A DNA stretch of 63,777 bases, the filler included, from Choristocarpus tenellus KU-1152 (lineage: Eukaryota; Protista; Phaeophyceae): assembly GCA_964200185.2 (NCBI GenBank). It is 13 parts of 13 records of this genome, joined end to end, with 100 filler letters (N's around TTAATTAATTAA, not from the genome) between each part and the next. Parts side by side here need not be neighbours in the genome. Positions count along the whole stretch, not along the records: positions 51,751 to 56,149 come from CAXNAD020014726.1; positions 56,250 to 60,707 come from CAXNAD020014457.1; positions 60,808 to 63,777 come from CAXNAD020023270.1; 10 more parts are not named here. The stretch is one strand, 5' to 3'. Below are positions 51,856-63,777 of the stretch, piece after piece; the stretch's first letter is position 1; each line of letters opens with the position of its first letter. Under the pieces are notes generated by a model that had not been told where the DNA came from, did no database searches, and saw only the letters and a list, made by a program, of their open reading frames with translations. The position numbers and the translations under genes are program-made.

Positions 51856-52836
51856 TTCATCCATGCATGTCCACCAATGATGGTTGAAACTGTTGTACAG
51901 ATGTCGTCATGAGAACAAAGCAACATAAAGCATACCCAGATCCGTGGTCAAAGACAGCGTAAAAATGAGACTAGGTGAGAAGAAAAATCTGGCATGAACA
52001 AAAAAGGGAAATAGTGGGTTGTGGCAAGCAAGAATAGAGAAAAAATGTAGAAAGAAGTAATGCAAGTTTGGTATGTGTACGTGACTTGCAGGTGGTAAAA
52101 CATATGAACAACACAAAAAGAAGAAGCAATGTAGAATACAACAAGAAGATAGAGTCCGGCAACTAGGTCTACCAAGCGATCGGTTCCGGTATGCTCCTCC
52201 ACACCAACATTAAAGTTCAATGTCGCCACTCCATTCATTCAGAAAAAAAGAACAAATTCAAAGCACACAACAAACAACGAACAACGGATTATGAAAATTA
52301 AGTAAGACAAGAAAATGGAGGAAAGTACATCCTTCTCAAGCTTAATGACGGATAACAAACAACAGTATCATCACCAATGCCAAGGACGTGTGTCCTTAAA
52401 ACAATCCCTGTAGCATTATGTCATTCATTCTTGAATCACGTCACCACGCAGTTAGCATTAAGCGTCAATATATTGTTGCTGCTGCTGCCTGTCGTTGTTT
52501 GAAGCAGAATTTCTGAAGATCATCAGCGGCCAGCTTGTCAGCCATAAAATGTGCCAGTGTACTCCTCAAGGGTGGACTGGATGGGCATCATGCCCTGTCG
52601 TTTGATTAATATCCACAATAACCCACCAACAACATAAATTATCTGTAGGCAGTTTTACATACAGTATCCCTGCATGCTCCGTTTTCCGTGTCACATGGCA
52701 AGCTCATACCGTCATTGCTGACGTCCATTAATTGATTGTTACTGTTGAACTATTTCGTGCTATTTTATCGTTATTTTTATCATCAACTAACACGACTAAT
52801 CTTCTGGATATTCAACACTTATTTGGAACAGACATT

Positions 52837-53100
52837 GGCCCATAGTATCTTAGAGGGGGAGGGTGTTCACCCCAATTGGTCCATTTTGGGGGCTTGATGG
52901 GGTGTTGTAAGATTCCCCAGTTTGATGCCTGCTTTACAGGTGATTTTTCTTCGAATTTAGTCTAGGCATGGGGATAGAAAAGGAAGGTGCACGGAGATAA
53001 AGGAAATTGCTGACACGTTCACACATATGGCATGAAATCACTATAAGGTCACACAGGTCCCAAATGGACGCTTGAACCCCTCTCTAGGATACTATGGGTC
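52837..53100 (+). mobile_element. MITE family D (264 bp), related termini
   Basis: ATT-GGCCCATAGTATCTTAGAGGGG...GTCCATTTTGG...CCAAATGGAC...CCCCTCTCTAGGATACTATGGGTC-ACT. Confidence 0.85.
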
Positions 53101-56100
53101 ACTATTTTGGTCCACCACATCCTCTCGATCCATTTGACAGACAAATACTACTACTACACATTTTCTATGCAAGGAGCATGCACTAATTACCCCTCAAGGT
53201 TTAGTCCACGAACAATACCAACCATCATCACCATTACCTACCATCGCTACCACTATTTCTCACCGTATCATGCCCTGCTGATGAGTCAAGGTAAGCGAGA
53301 GGTACCCAGAACTGCATTTTAAGGATGCTGAGAAATATTATGTTCAAAATTCGACTTTTTTTACAAATATCTATCGGATAATTCCTGACTCGTGTCGGAA
53401 AAGTTCAAAAAATAGAGGAATGAACGCTAACTTAGAACTTATCCATAGGAATATGAATGAATCGCAAATGATTGAAAAACAGACTTAAAATGTAAAACAG
53501 CTAAAATCTGGGTACCTCTCTTTTGTTTTAACTCACTAAGTGTCTCTCTCTGGCTTGCATCATCTTGTGAGTGAGTCGACGCTCTATTCCGCTGCTGAGA
53601 ATATGGTACGACTTTCCTGCCGTTTGGGAGATGCAGTAATGCATAGCGTCCAAATCCACAGATGGAGAAAAAAATTATCTGAGCTTGACAAGATATCATT
53701 GTCCATGGGCGCAAAAACAGGTTGTACTACGTACTGCAAGTGTTACTACTACAACTTGTGCTCCTGCTGTGGAGGCAGGCGGGGGGTGTTACTGACAATG
53801 CAACGAAGATTTAATGAAAGTCCTTGGAGGGGCATGGAATGAACATATTAGTCGGGAATCTTATTCAATACGAAGGGTATGGGACTAACACAGACAAATA
53901 TATACATTCATATTAATTTGCAAAATTAGTGCAGAGCAATAGTAGTACACACCTTAAAGTACTGAGTACGAGTGAGAACATATCCTGCAGACTCTGAATG
54001 ATATAGCACAATCACAAGAAACTCGAATATTCTTCTTCAGTATGTATTTGTAAATTGCTGTTTACTATGTATCACACAGGGGAAACAAAAACACTTACGA
54101 AGTTCTACCATTAATATCACTATCTTTATAAATAATCATATATGTGTTTGAGTAGTAGATGGCTTGGTGACACTAAAGTCGATGCAAACACTAAGTACAA
54201 ATAAGTATACTTGAAAAAGAGAAGAATCTCATTCCGATACGTAAGATTATATGTGCAGCTCGGTCAAAATTTTGGTTTCTTAACAGTGAAGGCTTGGTGG
54301 TCCCTAACCTATGAATCGATGTACCTCATTGAGGATGTGGCACTGACTTTGTTTGAGCTATGACAGTCCTTGCATTAGCTGTGCTGTCAATACTGTAAAT
54401 AATAGTACTCACTATTTCATGATAGAGCTCAGGTGTACATACTGTGTCATAATACTCTCCTCTTCGAAGCAAAATGTCACGTTCCAATGGTCCATGTAAC
54501 CACAGGATAGTGCACTTCAGCACATTCCTAACCACATATATCGTGAAACAGATATGCAAGCTCATCTCGCAGCCACCACCCCATAGAGCTCTGGTACTCC
54601 AGTAGAAGAAACTATCCTCACTAGTTACACACAGGGAGCTGTATTTTGCAGGTGAGCATAGGTCCCTGCATGCAGACAAACGGATGTTGCCAGAGCAATC
54701 TATACTCCCCATGATGAATGGGTAGAGACCTTGCTTTTCTGAGGTAGGACTTGTTGCAACTATTTCCGGTATCACGTTGAAATGACAGGATGAATATTCC
54801 TTCAGTCTCTCGAGATCGAATACATGCACATTCTTCTTGTAATCATTTGTTTGGTCCAATTGATCTGTGTTTATTTGATATATCCTCTACCACTATACTT
54901 CAGTAGTGTACGGCATTCCTCAGAGATAACCTTGAAGCAACGACACACAAAGATATAGGAGCTCATGGGCAGGAAGTAGGAAATGTGTGTGCGGTATGTG
55001 CTCTACAGGATTTACAGGAGGGGTGAGAACAAACACCATAAGAGAGACCAGAAGAACCATGCAGCATCCGTCACCCAAGGTAGTAATACTGGTAGGTGCA
55101 CACCCCTCCACAACAACATATGCTGGAACACGCTACTGATACAACCCATAGTCATGGTAAAATATGTTTAAGCTGAGCAAAGTGAACATGTTCATGCCTC
55201 CTTCACAATGTTACAGCCAACGGGGGCAACACATAGTGGCAGGAGAGAACCAAATAAAACTACACGTGGACAACAGGTGGAGCCCTAGCCCAGGCGTAAA
55301 TGCCAGCAACACAATCGCTATGAAAAGACCACAATAGCTTACACCAAACAAATAAACTCTACTACCTATCTGAAGTAAAAGAGCAAAGCCTTCAAGCTCC
55401 ACCATACTTACAGTACATTGCCAACACTGTTCTCCTTTCACACAAACACATACACACAATAAAGAAATATACAACAGATTGATGCCTATTGCATGAAAAA
55501 AGAACATACCACCACCAAAATATACCTCACAGTCAAACCACTCCACCATAAAAAAGTCACAGAATGAGCCATCTAGGGCCCAACACAATCAGGGTCCAAT
55601 GACGGGGCAAAATCCCCCTCCCCCACATGGGTGGTCTTCTTCGTTCTCTTGTGGGCCTTTGTCTGACCCCTATCGACAAACGTGACCCCCATTCTGTCCA
55701 GATACAATCCCAGGTCCTTCTTGGAGCACTTGACACCAGAGTCCTTAATGAGCCTTTGAGTGGCGGATAAGTCGATTGTCTGGCAGGAAGGCCAGAGTGC
55801 AGGGGTGGCGACAGGATGAGTGTGTAGCATACATTACAGTTACACGAGGGATGAAGCGGGATGAAGTTTGAACCGAAGCTTGAACCAGTGTGATGTGGCG
55901 ACAAGTATCCCAGGGAAGGGAACCACTGCAAGACAGACTCTTTGAGGCCATTGGTGATACGGCATTCTGAGTTCAGTCTGCTGGCAGATAACAGTGGTGG
56001 TCTTTGTGTATCTTGACCTACATACAATTTTTAATTTTTTCTCCAGACACACTTCGAAAAACACTCTTCTTGCCTCTTTTTACCAGCATTAACACCCAAT

Positions 56101-57864
56101 CAGCAAATACGCCATACATCTCTCAATAAAACCAACAATCTGGGGGGGGNNNNNNNNNNNNNNNNNNNNNNNNNNNNNNNNNNNNNNNNNNNNTTAATTA
56201 ATTAANNNNNNNNNNNNNNNNNNNNNNNNNNNNNNNNNNNNNNNNNNNNCCCCCCCAGATACTTCGAGCCTTAGCATTGGGCATATGATTTTTGGAAAAA
56301 TCTCACCAATATATCAATATGTATATAAATGAATTGTCCCTATGCGACAAGAGAAGGACAGTTGTGCATTCCTGACCTGTCCCTTAGCTAATCTTTATTA
56401 TATACAAATCTTACGTTTGTGATTTTATAGGAAATAACAGTTATATAATAGTCTCTTAGGTTACTACATCTGTAATTAAGTACAGTACTTGGTTCCCTTG
56501 ATGCTCTATGATAGAAGAAATAATATCACCTCCTTTGAAAACAGGCAAGTTTTGGAACCCCTAGTACTACACTATATGATATGACATGTCAGGTTAGAAG
56601 AGCACCTAAGGTAGAGGGATAGTGGTGTATAATGCCCGATCAGGTTGTTTGTTGGGGTCGCCCTTTTAAGTTTGCAAGTTGGTCAAATTTGCCAGTACAT
56701 TACTTGTCAATACTTCGGTGCTCTCAGTGGTCGCATATCGCGTATCAGCACCACTCCCCCTCCAAACATGTAAAACTATTTATAGTATCGCTCCCCCGCC
56801 ATCTACGAAATGTATATACAAGCATTTGTCTACACCACTCGCCCATCTCCAAACATCTACAAAATGGTTCCCTTGTACGATTGTGTTGAGGTTTATCTGT
56901 CCACATTGTACAAATCACCGTCTGTTCTTGTCGACATCTCAGAGTCAGACCAAGTGAGAGGTAAGTAGAGTTACATATTAAAAATCCTGAGAAAGGGCAA
57001 AAAATGTGATTTTTTTACAATTACAGAAAGAGCCTTCCCTTAATCGTGGTTTCACTTTGTGCATGGAAACAGGGAATATCAACTTTGTGTACACTATTGT
57101 GTACATAAAGCAATGAAGTAGAGTGCATTGCACCGGGTAATAAAGATTTAGAGTGACATAAGGGTCCAAATCTGTCTATGCCTCTCTATTTTTTTTAGCT
57201 CTTACCAATTTGTTCATAGATTGTCTCACACCATCACTGTCAGAAATATGAATGGGTACAAATGATTGCGTTCTACAAACGATGTAGTTAATTCCTAAAT
57301 ATTTGATTTGTGAGGATGTGCCCCAACGTGCAGAACTCTCAAATTTGTGACAGGAACAGCCAATGCTTTGTCCGAAATTGCTATGTACGCCACAAATCGG
57401 ATTTGATTTGTCCGACGTGTGGTATATTCTATTCTTTGGACTACTTTTTCCAATACGTGTATGGGGTCTCTTAAAACTAATGTGGTCATAAATATTAACG
57501 ACAAAGTTTTATTGTACCTAAAGTGACGTAGCGGGTTGGAGCCCCTTTGATATCGTACTTCTTTCCTGGAAACTAGCTTCAGTTATGCTATTTCAGTGGC
57601 AAGCACAACGGAATGTATATCCGTTCTGCTGTACTACTACCCTTGCCATTGACTGAGCCACAAAAACGTCAGACCAAGATTGAGTTAGAAACTTTAGGGC
57701 TAGCCCAGCAGTATATGAGGGAGGAGACAAACCAAAGATTGGTGGGAGTACCGAACCCAACACAGGAGTACCCAACACGCGAAAAGCAACGCAAGAAATG
57801 ACGCAACGAAATTTTCCAGTGATGTAGCATGAGGTATGTTAACCTCTGGCCAGGGGTGGGATTC

Positions 57865-57910
57865 AGGGTCAAAGTATCTGGGAGGGGTGCCCGCGTCCGT
57901 TTTTGACCCT
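57865..57910 (+). mobile_element. Family C left end
   Basis: GGGTCAAAGTATCTGGGAGGGGTGCCCGCGTCCGTTTTT. Confidence 0.7.
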
Positions 57911-58468
57911 ATCCCTACTTTGTGTGATCCAAAAACAAAAAAAATGATCATGATAAATTGAGATAACCATAGTAATAACAACAACAATAATAATTATAAT
58001 CGTTGTCATTGCATGCACAATACTACCTACTAACAATAGCGCTAGCTAGCAATAGTAAGCGATGTGTAGTACCTCTGACCAGAGGTAGGGTTTATGCCCA
58101 ACTAATCATGTGATGGAAATAATAAAAATATAAAAAAATGATTGCTATTTTTCAATTATTACTATTATCGTGCACAATACAACTATCAATATCACTGTTC
58201 AATTGCCCAGAAGGGTTTACCCTTGAAACGAAAAGTCTCAAGTTCAATGGGCTAGGAGAGGCTTGAAAGATTAATGAGATTCTTCCGTTACTTCTGGACA
58301 CCTTCATAAAGTCAGTTTAGGAGTGTTACTTGTTCTTTTCTTGTCCATTGTTTTACATACAAAATTGGTGTATCTGGTACAGTATTCCTTCCTGTCATAT
58401 GTTGTATTCTATATTGTTTTCTTTTCAATTGTTCAGTCTCTATTGTGCTATTAAGCTTTGTTGCCTTA

Positions 58469-60536
58469 TGTGAAACGGATGTGAACAAGGGGATAGGTTC
58501 TTCGTACGGAAGGGGGATGGGAAGACCCACAGGAGGAAAGGAAAAGGAGAGAGACACGACAAGAGGGAGAGCAATCCATCATCCAGGAAAAGAATGAACA
58601 AGTGGAAAGTGATTTTTTTTTTTGCAAAAAGTCCCCTCAAACCACCCGCTATTTACTTCAAGCAGATGATACCTTCAACATGCAAAAACAAATGTCATAC
58701 GAATATCAGATTCTTCAAGATAGGTTACCTTCAAGGTATACCTTCTTTGAAACATGGCTCTCACATCAATGGCTTGAGTTCGAGCCTTTCCAACAAGACG
58801 TACCCCTGCACTAGAAATAATATGACCAAGGGATTCAACTTCTGCTGGGCCAAACTTCAGATTAGAAGGTTTTAAAGTAAGGCCTGCATTTTGAAGGGTC
58901 ATAAAAAAGCTTTCCAAGCAAAACTATATGATGGTCCCATGTGGCAGAACAAAGAATGAGATCCATTTGATAAAACAGACCTGAACCCGCGTTGAAAAAA
59001 AAGAAGTCGATCTTGGAGTCCCATCTGCTTTGTTTGACTACAATACTAACAGGGGATCCCCATGGGCTAGAACGAGCTTCAATTAGTCTTTGATTTTCTA
59101 AGTCTTCAACACATTTGTCAATAATACCTCTAACATGTGGATTGGTTCAATACGGTGCCTGACTAATAGGTCTGCTACGTGGTTCGAGAGGAAAGTCGAC
59201 TTCAGCAATTGTGCAAGTTCCCAATTCAGAAGCGCTGAGGAAAAATACTGAACGGAATTTGGCACAAAGATTCAGTGTTTCGTGTATTTGGGGTGAAGAG
59301 AAAGGTGTGTTGACGAAAGCAGGTTTCAACGCATTATCAAGATGCGTTCGTTCAGACCTAGGTAGAGATGTCGAAGATACACTATTAATATGAGAGTGTT
59401 TTGTAAATTGCCAAGGAGAAGTCCAAGAACCATGAATGGGCGTGGTGTAGATAATTACGTATACATGCCAGGGGCACCAGAACGTATTTCCGAAGAGGAA
59501 AAAACAATAAAATAGATGAAGCAAGGGCTAGAAAATTTGGAAAAAATTGATGGGACCCAGAAGACAATAACTCCTGTAGTTCTTTTGGGTATGAAGTTGA
59601 GTCTAGTGAAACACTTTACTTCCCTGTGAATCGAGGTATAGCATGTCATATTTTTATGGTGATGCTGACACTAACTTGCTTTGTCAATCATATTTCCCAG
59701 GGCACATACGCAAACACCTTGCTTTTCGTGGTCAATTAGTGGTTCCAAGAGAACTACAATCTCTGGTTTTACATTCCACAATCATCCCCCTTCAGGGGGT
59801 CACTTCGGTCTTTCTTATACTCTTGACAAGGTACTGTTAATGTATTTGAGGTCGATATCGGTGGTGTCGACATTAGCATCCTGTACAGGTGTGGACTGGA
59901 CATGTATAGACTGGGTAGCTGCGGGTGCTAATTGTAAGGGTTGACTGAGGGGGTGATTATCCGCCGACATCAATTGCTGTACCACACGTTGGTCAACCAC
60001 CCGGAAATTTATGTACACAAAAACACTCCAGATGATTTGTGAACAAGAAGATTCCTTCCATCTTCTAAAGTAACCTCATGAAACGATAAAGGATCTTGGT
60101 CGTGGAAAGGTGGTAGTAAATGTTCGTCAGGTTCATTCTCATTGTATTCCTTCGCCAAGAAGCTCTGAAAACGATTTGTGGAAGTGTGGAACGTGTTCTG
60201 TCGTCTCCTCGATCGAGCAATATGCCAATCAGAATGATGTGGCGTATGTGGTGCTCAAAGTACGGGCAGTATAATCAGAGTTTCCCCAAACGTACTGTAA
60301 AAGTACTCTCCCACTTCAGAACGATTGCCGTCGTTGCCACTGTGAAACAGGTGGAAACAAGCGGAGAGGTTCTTCGTTCTGAAGGGGAGTGGGAAGACCC
60401 ACAGGAGGCAAGGAAAAGGAGAGAGACAAGACAAGAGGGAGAGCAATCCCTCAGAACATCACTCAGGAAAAGAGTGAACGAGTTGTAAGTGAATGTGGGG
60501 GTTTGCAAGGTCCCCTCAAACCACCCGCTATTTACT
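58469..60536 (-). mobile_element. Internally deleted Ty3/Gypsy remnant bounded by diverged ~200-bp direct repeats (58469-58680 and 60341-60536)
   Basis: Both repeats begin TGTGAAAC on the plus strand. Internal fragments: ELGTCTIAEVDFPLEPRSRPISQAPY, and LQNAGLTLKPSNLKFGPAEVESLGHIISSAGV (Gypsy RT). Confidence 0.8.
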
Positions 60537-60707
60537 GGCTTAAAGTATCGGAGGGGGGTGGCGGCTGTCCATTTGGGGTCAATATTTTCATGTCGCGATT
60601 TTTTGGTGATTTGGTTTCATACGTTGGATGGATAATAAAAGTACACTTTTCCTGGTTTTGGTCCAAATGGATACTCTGGTTGGTGTAGACTACCGGCGCC
60701 CACCCCC
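60537..60707 (-). mobile_element. MITE family A inserted into the putative LTR at ACT
   Basis: The paralogous empty site CCGCTATTTACTTCAAG lies at ~58646-58662. Confidence 0.9.
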
Positions 60708-60807
60708 NNNNNNNNNNNNNNNNNNNNNNNNNNNNNNNNNNNNNNNNNNNNTTAATTAATTAANNNNNNNNNNNNNNNNNNNNNNNNNNNNNNNNNNNNN
60801 NNNNNNN

Positions 60808-62760
60808 CCATTGTATACCACCAATCATAGATCTGTAGTCATCTGGAACGAGTCCCTCCTGTTCCACTCTCTTTGTGATGGACGGTAGCTCGTAAGTCGT
60901 GCCAATACCATGCCTTTCCGCCAGCTCTCTGATGTACAAGCTCTGATTCACCACAAGTGTCCCAGTTTTCTTGTTCCTCCTGATCCTGCACCCCATAAAT
61001 GTGGTTACTTCACAAAAATGTACCACCAGGAACTTCTTATTAAGTCCCTCGATGATACACACAGCATAACCAGCCCCTGGAACCTCAGCCATCAGCATGC
61101 CATCCACATGAACAATCATGATATCATCACAACCTTACCATCTACTAGCATTCTGAATAGACATGGATCTGCACAGATTGTTCCAATCCCAGTTCCACCA
61201 AAGCTTCCACTAGCAGAAAATTCCAGTTCCGAGAAGCCTGGACTATCCCATACAGCAACTTCTTCAGTAATCCCACTTTTCCATCAAACTTGGCATTTCC
61301 TTCAGGAAGTTCCACATATATATGGTTTCCTCCAAGTCAGCCTGCGTGAAAGCCTTCTTCCCATCACTGTAGATCAACACATAATTATCTTAGCTGCTAG
61401 TGCAAGTAACACGCAAAGAGAAGCATGTGTAGGTGTTGGTGAAAATGAATCGAAGAATTCGTCCCCCTTCCTCTGCCTCAAACCCTGGACAACCAACCTG
61501 GCCTTGTACCTTTCCACTTCTCCTTTAGCACCCATCTTCCTGGCAAACATCATCTTTGTCCCAAGTACCTTGTGACCATCAGTGGGGCGAGGTACTTGAA
61601 TCCACACTCCCCTACTATCTAGATCATCCACTTCATCCATAGCAGCTTTGCACAAAGGCCACTCCTCAGTCTCTGTCGCTCCTCTCATGGTCTTAGGTTC
61701 TGATGGAAGGGGTTTATCTTTCCCACCCACAAGTAGACCAGCCAGTCTTCGCTCATACCTTAATGTCGTTCCGATGATTCACCAGATTCAGATGGGGGGT
61801 CGTGGTTATGATCCGCTTGTCGCAGTAACAACTTTCGACCACTCCCCTGCTGTGACGTAGGTGTATCCATACCACCAGCACCAGTGTTCAGCATCCCATA
61901 AGTACTTCCATTCACCATAGTGTTCTCCACATCTGTTCCATCTTCCCCAATTTCAAGTTCCGGATCCAAACCCACTTTTTCCGAAGACACCCCTTTTGAA
62001 GTCTTTTCCTCTGGAAACGTTTCTTCCGATCCCAAAGAAATTTCCTCCAGTACGAAATCCCTAATCCTTCCCCCAAAGTCCTCTTGCTTCTCCTCCAAGA
62101 TTCCATCCCCAGTCTTGTCAATCCCAGCGACAGAATATGCTTCCCAAACATAGTCACGCCTGTTGACTATTTGTCCTGAATTTGTAAGAACCCACAGAGA
62201 ATCAGAAGGGTGGTTGGAAGAACATCTCATCATCAGACAAGGTTTGACTCTTTGTGCCAACTTATGCATCCGTTGGTCCACTCTTGCGAAACCCCTAGAA
62301 CCCCAAAGAGGCAACAAATGAGGGCGGGTTGGAACACCATAAAACATTTCATACGGTGACTTCCAGCGGGGCTTAGCAGGTGTGGGGCAAAGGCTTAGTA
62401 GTGTGATAGCCATGTTGTGCGCCTCCGCCCACAAACCCAACCAATCCCCCAACCCAGCTGCGTGCATCATGACCAGCCCCTTCTCCACTATCAGTGCAAT
62501 CGCGCGTTCCACTTTCCCATTCAATTGGGGGGTACCCAGAACAGTGTACTCATGCCGAACCTTGTGTTGATCCAACACGCTCTCGAAGTCCCCATTCTTG
62601 AACTCCGCGCCCTCATCAGTCCTAACAAACCCAATGCCCAAATTTTCCACATCTGCCACATCTCGAATGAAAGCCCCCAAAACCATTGCAGTTTCATGCT
62701 TGGCTCACAGGAATCGAATCCACCGCATTCCTGTCATGTCACATATCATCATCATCTCGG
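60808..62760 (-). mobile_element. Degenerate Ty1/Copia integrase + reverse transcriptase
   Basis: VRTDEGAEF...TPQLNGKVER...WAEA (rve integrase); EPKT...RYKARLVVQGLRQ...FSPT; IVHVDGML; YRSMIGGI. Confidence 0.93.
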
Positions 62761-62794
62761 AAAGGTATCCACCCGGGCTCCTGCCAGCTTTATC

Positions 62795-63075
62795 TTAAAT
62801 TCAGAATTAGTCTTTACAGGATTTCTTCCCCATTTCAAAACCTCTCCCTCTATGAGTGTTCCTTTCATCCATTGTTGCTCCATGTTCTCCATTGCCGCTT
62901 GCCATTCTTGTGTGTCAGGCCTCGTGAGTGCCTCTGATATAGAAGATGATTGTTGATGGTCTGGAGTAGATAATATTTGTGCAATATAGGCTGGTAGTCT
63001 ATAGGTTCTTATGTGTTTGGTACCCAGTATTTTGTAGCAGAAATGCTGACTGAGTGGAGCAAGTGTCAACGACAT
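62795..63075 (-). mobile_element. Separate Copia fragment (start of RT region)
   Basis: SISEALTRPDTQEWQAAMEN...NPVKTNSEFKIK is out of domain order relative to the adjacent integrase. Confidence 0.55.
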
Positions 63076-63084
63076 GTTTCCGTA

Positions 63085-63777
63085 TGTTAGGGTAACAGGT
63101 TAAAGTCTCGATGGGTTGATTTTTTATTGCTGCTATATATAAAGCTGACGCAGGACCACTGACGCAGCTACGACTGACGCAGAACGAGTGACGTAGTGCG
63201 ACTGACACAGACACGTTCTGACGTGTCTGCTGACGTGCGCAATCGATAACGAGGCAGAGCACCCCCCCACAAAGAGGGATATTGCTCACTCTGCTAATAA
63301 ATTCATTCAAACCACATAAAGCCAAAACTCTATTTGAACAGCTCTTTTGCACAGGTTATGAGCCTCATAGGTATGGATGGAAGCGGATCCACGTAAGCTG
63401 CCACTATGGAGTGGCGCGCATGGGCATACAAGGGAGAAGTGGGCAGAATGGCAGATGGCGCTGGTGAGCTATGCGGGCGGCAAGGGACTGTACCGTATCC
63501 TCCGACCAGCATACCACATCCCTGCACCTCCTACGGCTGATACATCGTTTGGCAAACACAGCGCGTATGAGGAGTACGTCAAGCATCGCGAGGCCTTGTG
63601 GTTCCTGCTGGGCCAGTCCACGAGGGGGACTGTAGTGATGGTCAGCACCCACGAAAACAACGGCAGCCCCGACGGGAAGGCAGCCTGGCTTGAGTTGGAG
63701 CAGATCTATGGGGGGGGCGCTGCGGTCCAGCGGCTAGGGTGCAAACGTGCACCTTACCCCCCCCCGACTGCAGGACC
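63085..63777 (+). mobile_element. Copia 5' LTR (to 63353), PBS (63354-63364) and start of gag
   Basis: TG...CA region with TATATAAA and AATAAA, then GGTTATGAGCC (copia-type internal tRNA-Met PBS), then ...WAEWQMAL...DGKAAWLELEQIYGG. LTR start uncertain. Confidence 0.72.

Noticed and set aside
54326-56064. Tc1/IS630-like transposase remnant
   Set aside because: Coding-like fragments exist but no convincing DDE motif or TIR could be read.

Overview
Eukaryotic, intron-rich, transposon-littered DNA, not prokaryotic. It is most likely a photosynthetic stramenopile (brown alga or relative), inferred from GT-AG spliced genes with signal peptide + 'AF' bipartite plastid presequences. The window is not contiguous: 13 contigs of about 3-8 kb are joined by artificial 100-bp spacers (N44-TTAATTAATTAA-N44), so adjacency across spacers means nothing. 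Host genes reconstructed by hand: a CIA30 + NAD(P)-binding (HCF173-like) gene (partial), a complete plastid-targeted IsdG/ABM-family heme-oxygenase-like gene, a complete plastid-targeted PDZ + 2Fe-2S ferredoxin fusion, a RanBP2 zinc-finger ORF, an R3H-domain gene and a tRNA-Ile(TAT)-like gene. The rest is decayed Copia, Gypsy, LINE, PIF/Harbinger-type and piggyBac-like elements, a 49-bp minisatellite, and more than 20 copies or ends of a multi-family MITE set. These MITEs share GRNYC-AAAGTATCT termini and a subterminal GTCC(A/G)TTT motif, have 3-4 bp target duplications, and sit at many contig ends. No CRISPR or other prokaryotic system is present.
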